Shown here piece after piece: positions 29,874-39,703 of a stretch of 64,000 nucleotides of DNA. Below the pieces are notes generated by a model. It was not told where the DNA came from. It ran no database searches and saw nothing but the letters and a program-made list of their open reading frames with translations. The position numbers and the translations under genes were made by a program. Numbering within the stretch: position 1 is the stretch's first letter; each line of letters starts with the position of its first letter. Origin of the DNA: an uncultured Chlorobiales bacterium (GTDB lineage: Bacteria > Bacteroidota > Chlorobiia > Chlorobiales > Chlorobiaceae); the NCBI GenBank assembly GCA_903929135.1, contig CAIYTH010000014.1, forward strand, positions 34,258 to 98,257, given 5' to 3'.

Positions 29874-31340
29874 TCACGCCGTCACGCGCAACGGTATTGC
29901 GGCGAGCGTCTCGACGAGGAAATTCCAGAATTTTCGGACGGATGCGATCTCGACCTTTTCATCAGGTGAGTGGGGATGGCGGATGGTCGGGCCGAAGGAG
30001 ATCATGTCGAGCGCAGGATAGATCCCGCCGATGATGCCGCATTCCAGGCCGGCGTGGACCGCACGTATCAGGGGCGGGGTCCCGAACCTGGCCGTATAGA
30101 TCACCTTCATGGTCTTCAGGATCGGGGATGCCCGGTTCGGTTTCCAGCCGGGATAGCCTCCATGGAATTTCGTGACTGCGCCCGCAAGATCGAACAGGCT
30201 CCCGATCATGACCTCCAGATCTTTCAGTGCGGAGTTCACCGAACTTCTGAGCAGGCACTCCACGACGATGCATCCCTTTCCGGATTTCACGATGGCAAGG
30301 TTGTTCGATGTCTCGACCAGCCCCTCCATCTCGCTGCTCAGGCGCATCACGCCGTTCGGGCAGGCGTGGACGGCCTTGAGCAATTTTGAGAAGATCGCTG
30401 TTTCGATGACCGATTCAGGGAGGTCTGCCGGTATCGCTTTGATATCCAGATCGGGTTCGACGGACGAAAGCTCGTTTTTTATCGTTGCCGTCAGCACGGT
30501 GAAGCCCTCGATGAACCCGTCCATCATGGCTTCGGGAACGACGGCGTGGGCGAAGGATTCCCGCGGGATGGCATTGCGAAGGCTTCCGCCATCGATCGAT
30601 GCCAGGAGCAGGCCATGGCGGGTGTGTCCTTCGTGCAGGATGCGGTTCATGATCTTGTTGGCGTTCCCTCGGCCCAGGCCGATGTCCATGCCGCTATGGC
30701 CGCCTTTCAGGCCGGTGACCCTGATCCTGATGCCCAGGGTGCCGGCCGGCACCGTATGGGTCTCATGGCTTAAGGTCATCGTGCCGTTCACGCCGCCGGC
30801 GCAGCCGATGAAGAGTTCGCCTTCGTCTTCGGAATCGAGGTTCATCAGGATGTCGCCCCTGAGCAGGTCCGTCTTCAAACCGAGGGCCCCGGTCATGCCG
30901 GTCTCCTCTTCACGGGTGAAGAGCGCTTCGAGCGCGCCGTGCACCAGGGTACGCGACTCGAGCACGGCCATGGCTGCGGCGACCCCGATGCCGTTGTCGG
31001 CTCCGAGCGTGGTGCCGTTTGCCCTTACCCATCCTTCGTCGATGATCGTCTCGATCGGGTCGTGTTCGAAATCGTGATCCGATCCGCTGTTCTGTTGAGG
31101 CACCATGTCGAGATGGGCCTGCAGGATGATCCCTTTTCGATTTTCCATGCCCGGCGTCGCCGGTTTGCGGATGACGACGTTGCCGGTTTCGTCGACGACG
31201 GTCTCCAGCCCGAGGCCTCTTCCGAAATCGGCGATGAACGACCTGACCTCATCCTCATGCCCGGATGGGCGGGGAATACCGGTGAGGCTGTGGAAGTTTT
31301 TCCAGAGCTCAGCCGGGGCCAGTCGCAGGAGGTCGTTCAT
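29874..31340 (-). CDS. pepD: Aminoacyl-histidine dipeptidase (M20C, PepD)
   Basis: 488 aa. LQAHLDMVPQ, GTTLGADNGIG, FTREEETGMTGA, PTIRHPHSPDE. Confidence 0.85.
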   Translation of the reverse strand: MNDLLRLAPAELWKNFHSLTGIPRPSGHEDEVRSFIADFGRGLGLETVVDETGNVVIRKPATPGMENRKGIILQAHLDMVPQQNSGSDHDFEHDPIETIIDEGWVRANGTTLGADNGIGVAAAMAVLESRTLVHGALEALFTREEETGMTGALGLKTDLLRGDILMNLDSEDEGELFIGCAGGVNGTMTLSHETHTVPAGTLGIRIRVTGLKGGHSGMDIGLGRGNANKIMNRILHEGHTRHGLLLASIDGGSLRNAIPRESFAHAVVPEAMMDGFIEGFTVLTATIKNELSSVEPDLDIKAIPADLPESVIETAIFSKLLKAVHACPNGVMRLSSEMEGLVETSNNLAIVKSGKGCIVVECLLRSSVNSALKDLEVMIGSLFDLAGAVTKFHGGYPGWKPNRASPILKTMKVIYTARFGTPPLIRAVHAGLECGIIGGIYPALDMISFGPTIRHPHSPDEKVEIASVRKFWNFLVETLAAIPLRVTA

Positions 31341-31352
31341 GACTGGGTTTCT

Positions 31353-32366
31353 CTATCTGGAGCCTTTTTCGAACTCCTCGGCCGTCAGCACGTCTTTCAC
31401 GCTGCCGATGTAGAGCGGGGTGCGCTGATGCAGCTCTTCAGGCTTGATGTCGAGGATTCTCCGGCTGCCGTCCGTGGCGCGGCCCCCGGCCTGTTCGCAG
31501 ATGAAGGCCAGCGGGTTGGCTTCGTACATGAGCCTGAGCTTGCCGTTCTTGTGCTTCTTGGTTGCAGGATAGACGAATACGCCGCCGGTCAGGAGGTTCC
31601 TGTGGAAGTCGGCGACCAGCGATCCGATGTAGCGCGTGCTGTAAGGACGGCCCGTCGCAGGATCCTCCTCCTTGAGGTAGTCGATGTAGCGTTTCGTGCC
31701 GTCGTTGAGCTGCGCCCAGGAGCCTTCGTTGATCGAGTAGTACTTGCCGCTTTCGGGGGTGAGGATGTTCGGGTGCGAGAGCAGGAATTCGCCGATGGTC
31801 GGGTCGTAGGTGAAGCCGTGCACCCCGTGGCCGGTCGTGTAGACCAGCACCACCGAAGAGCCGTAGATGACGTAGCCGGAAGCGACCTGCTCCGCGCCGT
31901 TCTGCAGGCAGTCGTCGAGGCTTGCCTTGCCGGGGTCGTCGCCCTTGAGACGGTAAATGGAGAAGATGGTCCCCACGCTGACGTTGACGTCGATGTTCGA
32001 TGAGCCGTCGAGCGGGTCGAACAGCAGGGCGTAGTTCCCTGTTTCGTTCTTGGGAGGAATGATGATGCTGTCGTTCTCCTCGGAACCCATGATGGCGAAC
32101 CTGCCGTGCTGGCCGATGGCGTTGATGATCTGCTCGTTGGCGAACAGGTCGAGCTTCTTGACCTCCTCGCCCTGGACGTTGGTGGTGCCGGCGAGGCCGA
32201 GGATGTCCCCGAGTCCAGCACGGACGACTTCGCGCCGGACCAGCTTCGATGCGAAGGCCACATCGTTCAGGAGGTCGGTCACTTCGGCATTCACTTCGGG
32301 ATAGAGCTTCTGCTGCTGGAGAAAATGGCTTTCGATGGTGATCAGTTTGTTCATCGTCAGGATCAT
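31353..32366 (-). CDS. fbp: Fructose-1,6-bisphosphatase class 1
   Basis: [47 protein letters not shown]. The start may be M5 at 32354. Confidence 0.9.
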   Translation of the reverse strand: MILTMNKLITIESHFLQQQKLYPEVNAEVTDLLNDVAFASKLVRREVVRAGLGDILGLAGTTNVQGEEVKKLDLFANEQIINAIGQHGRFAIMGSEENDSIIIPPKNETGNYALLFDPLDGSSNIDVNVSVGTIFSIYRLKGDDPGKASLDDCLQNGAEQVASGYVIYGSSVVLVYTTGHGVHGFTYDPTIGEFLLSHPNILTPESGKYYSINEGSWAQLNDGTKRYIDYLKEEDPATGRPYSTRYIGSLVADFHRNLLTGGVFVYPATKKHKNGKLRLMYEANPLAFICEQAGGRATDGSRRILDIKPEELHQRTPLYIGSVKDVLTAEEFEKGSR

Positions 32367-32532
32367 TGACAGGGTTTGCTAGAGAGGGTCATGAACGCGA
32401 AATCTATGCTATTTTCAGAGTTATGTCAAATGATCAGGGAGCGGTAAGCGGCTGCAGACTGTTTTTTCGTACAGAAACGGCCGGAGAATCCGTACATTCA
32501 TCGATTTGCATCCATTTCTCAAGCATTGTTTC

Positions 32533-34239
32533 ATGAAGCGTTACCGATGGACCCGTCTCGCACCTGACGAAAGCGTTGTCAGGGAGCTTTCGACGGCGAT
32601 CAACGTCAGCAACCCCATAGCAGCGGCACTCTGCAACCGGGGAATCACAACCTTTGAAGAGGCGCGCCGGTTTTTCCGCCCTACCTTCGAAACTGTGCCT
32701 TCGCCTTTCCTGTTCCAGGAGATGGAGAAGGCGGTTGCGCGCATCGCCAGGGCTGTCGATGGCGGGGAGCGGATCATGATCTACGGCGATTACGATGTTG
32801 ACGGCACCACCGGCACGGCAATGCTCTCGATGTTCCTGGAAGGGAGGGGCGCTGAGGTCCGCCATTACATCAACGACAGGTTCAGGGAAGGGTACGGTCT
32901 TTCCGGCGAAGGCATCGCCTGGGCAGAGGCGTGCAAGGTGACGCTCATTATCACGGTCGATTGCGGCATCCGGGCTGTCGATGAGGTGCGGGAGTGCGCC
33001 GGCAAGGGGATCGACGTCATCATCTGCGACCATCATGAAGCCGACGAACTGCCCGAGGCATACGCGATCCTCGATCCGAAGGTCGAAGGGTCTTCCTATC
33101 CGTTCAGGGATCTGTGCGGTTGTGGTGTGGCCCTCAAGCTCATCCAGGCCATCGTCGAAACGGATGGAGGCGACCCCGGGAACTGGGCGCAGTACCTCGA
33201 CCTCGTGGCCATTGCATCAGCGGCGGACATGGTTTCGCTGCAGCAGGAGAACAGGGTATACCTGCAGGAGGGGCTCCGGCGTCTCAGGTCTTCGCCACGG
33301 CAGAGCTTTCTGGCCATGGCCGGGCTGATGAACGTCAGGACCGATGAAATCACCATGACCACCATCGCCTTCGGGATCGCCCCCCGAATCAATGCGGCCG
33401 GCCGGATGGAGTCCGCCCGTACGGCCATGCAGTGGCTGCTTGCCCGCAATGCCGACGAGGCCGCCCGTTTTGCCTCCGAGCTCGAGGAGATGAACACCAG
33501 AAGGAGGGAGATCGACGCCGGGATCCTGGCCAAGGCCGAGACGATGGTGGCCGGACATTGCGCGAGCTTCTGTTCCTCGATCGTGCTGTACGACGAGGAG
33601 TGGCATCTCGGCGTCCTGGGTATCGTGGCGTCGAAGCTCCTCGACAAGTTCGCCCTGCCGACCGTGATCATGGGACGGATGAACGGCCTGATCAAGGGGT
33701 CGGTCAGAAGCGTCGGAACCCTGAACATCTACGATGTCCTGCAGGAGTGCCGCGACCATCTCGAACAGTTCGGCGGCCACCACCAGGCGGCCGGCCTGAC
33801 GCTGAGGCCTGAACAGCTGTCGGGCTTCAGGAAACGGTTCGACGAGGTATGCCGCGAGTTGCTTCCTGTCGAACAGCGTCAGAAGGAGCTGCTCCTCGAC
33901 GCTGAACTCGGCCTGCAGGAGATCACTCCGAAATTCATGAAGGTGCTCGAACAGTTTTCTCCTTTCGGTTTCGGAAACAAGGAGCCGCTGTTCGTCTCGG
34001 GTGAGTGCAGCCTTTCCGGAAAGCCGAAGCTGCTCAAGGAGCGGCATGTCAAGTTCATGGTGCGGGCGGGGCGGGGACCGTCGTTCGAGGTGATCGCCTT
34101 CGACCGGCCCGACATTTTCGAGGAGCTCTCCAGGCACGAAGGCACACCTCGGCTTCAGCTCGTATTCATTCCGGAAAGGAAGCAGTGGAACGGTCGGGAA
34201 TACCTGCAGCTGCGCCTCAGGGACATGTCCGTACGATGA
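32533..34239 (+). CDS. recJ: Single-stranded-DNA-specific exonuclease RecJ
   Basis: DHH motifs IYGDYDVDGTTG, ITVDCG, ICDHH. ATG 32533 is preferred over TTG 32506. Confidence 0.9.
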   Translation: MKRYRWTRLAPDESVVRELSTAINVSNPIAAALCNRGITTFEEARRFFRPTFETVPSPFLFQEMEKAVARIARAVDGGERIMIYGDYDVDGTTGTAMLSMFLEGRGAEVRHYINDRFREGYGLSGEGIAWAEACKVTLIITVDCGIRAVDEVRECAGKGIDVIICDHHEADELPEAYAILDPKVEGSSYPFRDLCGCGVALKLIQAIVETDGGDPGNWAQYLDLVAIASAADMVSLQQENRVYLQEGLRRLRSSPRQSFLAMAGLMNVRTDEITMTTIAFGIAPRINAAGRMESARTAMQWLLARNADEAARFASELEEMNTRRREIDAGILAKAETMVAGHCASFCSSIVLYDEEWHLGVLGIVASKLLDKFALPTVIMGRMNGLIKGSVRSVGTLNIYDVLQECRDHLEQFGGHHQAAGLTLRPEQLSGFRKRFDEVCRELLPVEQRQKELLLDAELGLQEITPKFMKVLEQFSPFGFGNKEPLFVSGECSLSGKPKLLKERHVKFMVRAGRGPSFEVIAFDRPDIFEELSRHEGTPRLQLVFIPERKQWNGREYLQLRLRDMSVR

Positions 34240-34286
34240 GGGGGATGGGGACGTGATGCGTAACGAGTAATCGGGGAGGTTTCCAT

Positions 34287-34360
34287 CTGTCATTCTGAGT
34301 CCGGCGAAGTCGGGCGAAGAATCCAGAAGAATGGATCCTTCGCTGCGCTCAGGATGACAG
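34287..34360. repeat. REP-like inverted repeat ctgtcattctgag ... ctcaggatgacag flanking a 48-nt centre
   Basis: 13-nt arms complementary at 12/13 positions (the mismatch is a G-U pair in RNA). Sits in the convergent gap after recJ. Confidence 0.7.
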
Positions 34361-34455
34361 GCTGGGGTTGTAAGCTGGCAGGCCCTGTTCCACAGGTCTC
34401 AGACAAAAACATGTTCCCTCCTCCATTTTCCCTCTTATCCGTCACCTATCACCTG

Positions 34456-35352
34456 TCACAACTCTTCACTCGTCACCACTTCCACGCTTTCGCTTCTGAC
34501 TTTGGCGAACACGCCGGCGAGGGAGGATATTGCCGAAATCACGAAAAAGATGAGCGACAGCGCGATGCCGGTGTTGACGTCGAGGCCGAGGTGCCTGAGG
34601 GCGTAGAAGAAGGTGACCTCCCTGGCTCCCGCGCCACCGATGGTCAGGGGGAGGATGGTCGCAACTGACGAGATCAGGAATATGGCCAGGTAATCGATCT
34701 GGTTCGCCGAGGCCGATATGGCCATGAGAATGAACCAGGCCGAAATGACCTGTGTTCCCTGGATGAGGATCGATTCGATAGCGGTCCGGAGGAAGATCGG
34801 CATGAACTGCCGGTAGAAGAATCTCGTCAGGAGCAGCGACAGGGGGTATGCAGCAAGAGCGATGATCCAGGCAAGTCGGATCTGGTCCGGGTACAGGAGT
34901 GCGAAACGGCTCGGCACGAGAAGGATGGCCGACAGGAACACCAGCGCGAAAATGCCGCTGACCCGATCCCAGAAGACCGCATTGAATACATTCATCACCG
35001 TCATGCCGTGGTTTTTCCGCAGCACGTAGATCTTGTAACCGTCACCACCGACACCTCCGGGCAGGAACAGGTTGTAGAACATGCCCAGGTAATAGAGCTT
35101 GAGGTTGTACCATTCCGGCAGGCGAAGACCGATTGCCCTGAAGAAGCGGTTCAGCCTCAGCGAGTTCAGGATCTTCGAGATGTTGAAAAAGATGATCGCA
35201 GCCGCCAGATACCATGGATTGGCATGGCTGACGACCGTGCCGAGCCGCTGAAGGTCGATCTTGCCCAGGACGATGTAAAGCGCGGCCACCGTCGTGACCG
35301 CCTGGAGAAGGGCTTTGAGAAGTTTCCTGTTGAGGCTTTTAGTCTTTGTCAA
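34456..35352 (-). CDS. UPF0104 / lysyl-PG-synthase-TM-like (flippase-like) integral membrane protein
   Basis: 298 aa, about 8 TM segments, LFLPGGVGGDGYK motif. Overlaps the upstream GT2 gene by 14 nt. Confidence 0.7.
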   Translation of the reverse strand: MTKTKSLNRKLLKALLQAVTTVAALYIVLGKIDLQRLGTVVSHANPWYLAAAIIFFNISKILNSLRLNRFFRAIGLRLPEWYNLKLYYLGMFYNLFLPGGVGGDGYKIYVLRKNHGMTVMNVFNAVFWDRVSGIFALVFLSAILLVPSRFALLYPDQIRLAWIIALAAYPLSLLLTRFFYRQFMPIFLRTAIESILIQGTQVISAWFILMAISASANQIDYLAIFLISSVATILPLTIGGAGAREVTFFYALRHLGLDVNTGIALSLIFFVISAISSLAGVFAKVRSESVEVVTSEEL

Positions 35353-36271
35353 CGATCTGCTTGATGATGTATGGTTTCTTGTTCTGCGACTCGTAGTAGG
35401 TGCGCATGATGAACTCGGCGATGAAGCCGGTGGTGATCAGCTGGATGCCGATGAAGGTCATGATGACCCCGAGGGTGAGCAGCGGGCGTCCTCCGATCTC
35501 CTGCCCGAGGATCTTGACGACCAGAAGGTAGAGATTGATGGCCAGGCCGGCGAAGAGGGTGATGAATCCGAGGGAGCCGAAAAGGTGCATCGGCTTCTGG
35601 CCCCATTTCTGGAAGAAGACCATGAAGAGCAGGTCACTCATCACTTTCAGGGTGCGCCCGATGCCATATTTCGACTTGCCGAACCTGCGGGCATGGTGCC
35701 TGACATCGACCTCCTCCATCCTTGCTCCGTAGAGCTGGACGAGCACGGGGATGAACCGGTGCAGCTCACCGTAGAGACCGAGGTTCTTGGCGACTTCCTG
35801 CCTGAAGACCTTGAGCGTGCAGCCGTAATCCCTGATATGTACATTCGTCAGGTTCCGGATGAGCGCGTTGGCGATCTTGCTGGGGATCTTGCGCATGAAC
35901 ATGCCGTCTTTTCTTCCGGACCGCCGCCCTACGACAACGTCGAGCCCCTGCTCCTCGAGGTGCCTGATCATCATTGGGATGTCAGCCGGGTCGTTCTGAA
36001 GGTCGCCGTCCATGGTGGCGATCAGATCGCCGTGCGCCTCGTCGATGCCTGCGGCCATGGCGGTCGTCTGGCCGTAATTCTTGTTCAGCACGACCAGCCT
36101 CGAATGCGGAGGTGCGAGGCGAGTGATTTCGGAAACCGTCGAGTCCGTCGAACCGTCGTCGACCAGCACGATCTCGTGATCGATGCCTCCCAGGGCCTTG
36201 TCCAGCGCCTCGAACAGCGCCGTGATGCTTTCGGCCTCGTTCATGACCGGTATGACGACGGAGAGTTTCAT
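35339..36271 (-). CDS. GT2 polyprenyl-phosphate glycosyltransferase (ArnC/DPM1-like)
   Basis: LSVVIPVMNE, VLVDDGSTD, MDGDLQNDP, plus two C-terminal TM helices. Confidence 0.85.
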   Translation of the reverse strand: MKLSVVIPVMNEAESITALFEALDKALGGIDHEIVLVDDGSTDSTVSEITRLAPPHSRLVVLNKNYGQTTAMAAGIDEAHGDLIATMDGDLQNDPADIPMMIRHLEEQGLDVVVGRRSGRKDGMFMRKIPSKIANALIRNLTNVHIRDYGCTLKVFRQEVAKNLGLYGELHRFIPVLVQLYGARMEEVDVRHHARRFGKSKYGIGRTLKVMSDLLFMVFFQKWGQKPMHLFGSLGFITLFAGLAINLYLLVVKILGQEIGGRPLLTLGVIMTFIGIQLITTGFIAEFIMRTYYESQNKKPYIIKQIVDKD

Positions 36272-37833
36272 CAGGGTGCGTGTTCTTCTGGTACTCGGGC
36301 CAGGATTATTCCATACTTTTCGTACAGCCGCTCACAGTTTCCCAGTCTGCCGATGTCGTCTGCGCTGGTCAGCACGACCTCGCCGGGCAGCGGGTTCCGG
36401 CGTTCGGCAAGCGATTGGGAATATACGAAAAAGGAGGGGTAATAGACCTCCCACATCACGATTTTCAACCCCGCTTTCCTGGCCAGGGTGGCGGCTTCCC
36501 TGACCGGTGCCTGCAGCACTTCCGCAGCCATGGGCATGACGAAGAAATTGGCAGAAAAGGTCAGCAGGGCGCCTCCAATGATGAAGCGAAGCGACGGCGG
36601 CACCTTCGGGAAGGCCTGAAGCAACAGGCAGAGGAGGGCGAGCCCGGTTATGACGATCGTGAAATGGTTGGCGGCCATGAGTCCGAGGAGGCCAAGGAGC
36701 TGCGCCCTGATGAACGGGCTGGTAATGGATGGCATGAATCGTCCCAGCACTGCAGGCACCGCAGCCAGCACCAGCATCAGCGCCGCCGGGGCAATTGCAT
36801 GTACCCAGGGGCGCCGTGAGCGCGCCAGTTCGGCAGCCATGATGATGAACAGCGGGGTGTAGCCGTAGATCATGTAATGGGGCAGCTTTGTACCGGAGAG
36901 GGTGAAGAGCACGAACACGAAACCTGCCCAGATGAGACCGAACCGCGAGAGCGGGTCGGCAATCAGCGTCCTGAACCTAGCGAGGGAGGCGATCAGCAGG
37001 GTGGTCGAGGGCATGAGGCCGACGAGGATGACCGGCACATAGTAGAGGAGCGTTCCCGAGTGTCCCTCCATCGAATCGCTGAAACGCCCGACGTTGTGTT
37101 TCATGAAGAAACCGTCGATGAATGCCTTGCCCTGATCCATGTATTCGAGGGTGTACCACGGCAGCACGATGACCAGGAAGAGGGCGATGGCCGTCGGGTT
37201 CAGCAGGGCCCGGAACCAGGATCTGAGGTCGCGCTCCAGCAGGAAGAAGAGGAAAGAGGGGACGAGCGGTATCAGCACGGCGACGGGCCCCTTGGTCAGC
37301 ACGCCCAACCCCATGGCGGTGAAGGCGATGTAGACGGAGGAGCGGCGCTTTTCACGTGAGTACCGGTAAATGGCGAACATGCTGACGGCGAGGCAGCAGT
37401 TGAGCAGGGAGTCGGCGATGGCCGCCTTTGCGATGATCGAGACCTGCAGCGACAGCGCGAGCAGGGCGGTCGCCAGCAGCGCTTCGGTCTCGTTGCGCTC
37501 ACGCCGGACGAACAGGAATGTGGCAAGGGCCCAGAGGGCGCCTGAAAGTGCCGAGGGAAGCCTGAATGCGAACTCGTTGAGGCCGAACGCCTGCACCGAC
37601 AGGAGCTGTAGCCAGTAGATCAGGATCGGCTTGTCGAAGCGCGGCAGGCCGTTCAGGTAGGTCGTCAGGTAGTTCTTCGAGACGAGCATCTCCCTCGTGG
37701 CTTCTGTGAAAGCCCCTTCGTCCACGTCGAACAGAGGGCCCGATCCGAGGCCTGCCAGAAAGCTCAGGAAGACCAGGATGCAGAGTCCGATGAGCAGGAC
37801 GTTGCGGTTCAGGTTATACGGTTCGGGCTTCAT
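36271..37833 (-). CDS. ArnT/PMT-like (GT39/GT83) polyprenyl-phosphate-sugar-dependent glycosyltransferase
   Basis: 520 aa, polytopic. N-terminal loop motif LFDVDEGAFTEATREML...RFDKPILIYWLQ. TGATG overlap with the GT2 gene. Confidence 0.8.
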   Translation of the reverse strand: MKPEPYNLNRNVLLIGLCILVFLSFLAGLGSGPLFDVDEGAFTEATREMLVSKNYLTTYLNGLPRFDKPILIYWLQLLSVQAFGLNEFAFRLPSALSGALWALATFLFVRRERNETEALLATALLALSLQVSIIAKAAIADSLLNCCLAVSMFAIYRYSREKRRSSVYIAFTAMGLGVLTKGPVAVLIPLVPSFLFFLLERDLRSWFRALLNPTAIALFLVIVLPWYTLEYMDQGKAFIDGFFMKHNVGRFSDSMEGHSGTLLYYVPVILVGLMPSTTLLIASLARFRTLIADPLSRFGLIWAGFVFVLFTLSGTKLPHYMIYGYTPLFIIMAAELARSRRPWVHAIAPAALMLVLAAVPAVLGRFMPSITSPFIRAQLLGLLGLMAANHFTIVITGLALLCLLLQAFPKVPPSLRFIIGGALLTFSANFFVMPMAAEVLQAPVREAATLARKAGLKIVMWEVYYPSFFVYSQSLAERRNPLPGEVVLTSADDIGRLGNCERLYEKYGIILARVPEEHAP

Positions 37834-38431
37834 CGAGTGCTGTTCTGAAATATCGTTGGTAAAGCAGTATGACCGTCACCACGCCGAGCATCGATCCGGC
37901 CGCCACGTCGCTCAGGTAATGCTGGGTCAGCACCATACGGCTGGCAGCTATGAGCAGCCCTGCGGCGAGGAACAGCGGTTTGAAGCGGGGAAAGAGCAGC
38001 GAGAGGCTCCAGGCTGCGCTCAGGGCCGTGGCTGAATGGCCCGAGGGAAAGGAGGTCCACTCATGCTCGTAGTGGAGGCCTCCCAGTCCGAAGATCCCCT
38101 GTTCGAACAGGAGCATCGGCCTCGCCCTGCCGAAAATGGCCTTCAGAAGGTCCGCTGCGAGTCCCGATACGGCAACCGAAGCGAACAGGAAGAGGCCCGA
38201 AAGTGATGCCCCCCTGTTGCTGCGTCGCAGGGCGATGAACAGGGCGAAGCCGCCGACCAGGTACCATTCAGACTGTCCCGCCATGGTGACCGCATTCCAG
38301 AAGCCGAGCCAGGGCCCCGACGTGAACTGCCGGAAAAACAGGGCCAGCCGCACATCGAGCAGGAACCATGCCGCAATGCAGAAAAGGGCGGTCAGGAGCA
38401 GGGCGACCAGGTCAGGACGTCGTTCGTTCAT
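37814..38431 (-). CDS. PAP2-family membrane phosphatase (lipid phosphate / lipid A phosphatase-like)
   Basis: KAIFGRARP, FPSGHS, SRMVLTQHYLSD (the three acid-phosphatase motifs). Overlaps the ArnT-like gene by 20 nt. Confidence 0.8.
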   Translation of the reverse strand: MNERRPDLVALLLTALFCIAAWFLLDVRLALFFRQFTSGPWLGFWNAVTMAGQSEWYLVGGFALFIALRRSNRGASLSGLFLFASVAVSGLAADLLKAIFGRARPMLLFEQGIFGLGGLHYEHEWTSFPSGHSATALSAAWSLSLLFPRFKPLFLAAGLLIAASRMVLTQHYLSDVAAGSMLGVVTVILLYQRYFRTALDEARTV

Positions 38432-38778
38432 CTTGTTGCAGGGGTATCCGTCGAAAGCTTCATTCCGGTTTCAGCAGGGATGGAAGGAGGCCGGATTCAT
38501 TGTCGTGACTTCGAGCCTAAATTAACAAAAAAGGTGCAGGAGTTTTCCGTCCTTTTTTGCGACGCTGTTTCTGAACGTTCCGGCATCCCGGGCCTACCGG
38601 CATTACGGTATGAAAAATACCTGATCGGCGGGATTTCAGGTTTTGGCCGCCTGTAGGATATTATAGCTGTTGTGGAGGCGATCTCCTGTTTCCCGGCCGC
38701 TCTCCCGATGCCGGAAACTCCGGAGCCGTCACTGCGGCTTCTTCATGATTTGTGATGGTTGTTCTTTGTGCTTTGGAA

Positions 38779-38816
38779 AAACGGAAAGGGAGCCGTCGCA
38801 GGCTCTCTTTCCGTTT
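38779..38816 (+). promoter_or_regulatory. Very stable 16-bp hairpin in the thiM 5' region (candidate attenuator or terminator)
   Basis: aaacggaaagggagcc-gtcgca-ggctctctttccgttt, with one G-U pair, an A-run on one side and a T-rich run on the other. Ends 86 nt upstream of the thiM ATG. Confidence 0.45.
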
Positions 38817-38902
38817 CTTCGTGACGCTTGTTGCCGGAACCGTTGCCGGTGACGATCTTTCCTGTTGTTCCACTACCTTAATCAGAAAAGGACAAAACGT
38901 CC

Positions 38903-39703
38903 ATGACCTCGTCAGATCCAATCACCGAAAGCCTTGCATGGCCCCGGCCGGACTTGCTCGACGACCTCGACCGGCTGCGTCGAAAGGCTCCCCTGGTGCA
39001 CTGCATCACCAATGCCGTCGTCACGAATTTCACCGCCAATGTCCTGCTGGCCGTCGGCGCTTCGCCGGCCATGGTGGTGACGACGGAGGAGGTCGAGGAG
39101 TTCGTCGGTATTGCCGATGCGCTGCTGATCAATGTCGGCACGATCACCTCGTCAGATGCGGAGGCGATGCTCAGGGCGGCCTCGGCGGCCGACCGGACAA
39201 ACACTCCCTGGGTTCTGGACCCGGTGGCCGTAGGCGTGCTTGCATACCGTACCGCGATCGTCGAAAAGCTTGCCGGATTCCGGCCGACGGTCATTCGCGG
39301 CAATGCGTCTGAAATTCTCGCGCTCAACGGCCTGAGCGGCGGCGCAAGGGGCGTCGACGCCACAGTATCGTCGGATGAGGCCCTGCCTGCCGCCGTCGAG
39401 CTTGCCCGCAGCACGAAGGCCGTCGTGGCCCTCAGCGGCAAAGTGGACTACGTCACGGACGGCGTCGACGTCATCAGTGTCGAGGGCGGCAATGAAATCA
39501 TGACGAAAGTCACCGGAACAGGATGCACGCTCGGGGCCCTGATTGCGGCGTTCCTCCCGGTGACGGGTTCGCCGCTCAGGGCTGCGGCCGCCGCCTCGGC
39601 CATCTACGCCTCCGTCGGCGAGCGAGCCGCATGGAAAGCCCACGGTCCGGGCAGTTTCGCGGTGGCGTTTCTCGACCGGCTTTCCACCATCGGCCTGCAG
39701 TAG
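38903..39703 (+). CDS. thiM: Hydroxyethylthiazole kinase
   Basis: PLVHCITNAVVTNFTANVLLAVGASPAM, TGTGCTLGALIAAF. Confidence 0.88.
   Translation: MTSSDPITESLAWPRPDLLDDLDRLRRKAPLVHCITNAVVTNFTANVLLAVGASPAMVVTTEEVEEFVGIADALLINVGTITSSDAEAMLRAASAADRTNTPWVLDPVAVGVLAYRTAIVEKLAGFRPTVIRGNASEILALNGLSGGARGVDATVSSDEALPAAVELARSTKAVVALSGKVDYVTDGVDVISVEGGNEIMTKVTGTGCTLGALIAAFLPVTGSPLRAAAAASAIYASVGERAAWKAHGPGSFAVAFLDRLSTIGLQ

Noticed and set aside
38585-38665. TPP (THI-box) riboswitch upstream of thiM
   Set aside because: Only acctgatc and gtagga-like fragments are present. The conserved GGGGUGC, CUGAGA and UAAUGCC-GCG elements are absent in the proper order on either strand. It is kept only as an unresolved leader under findings.
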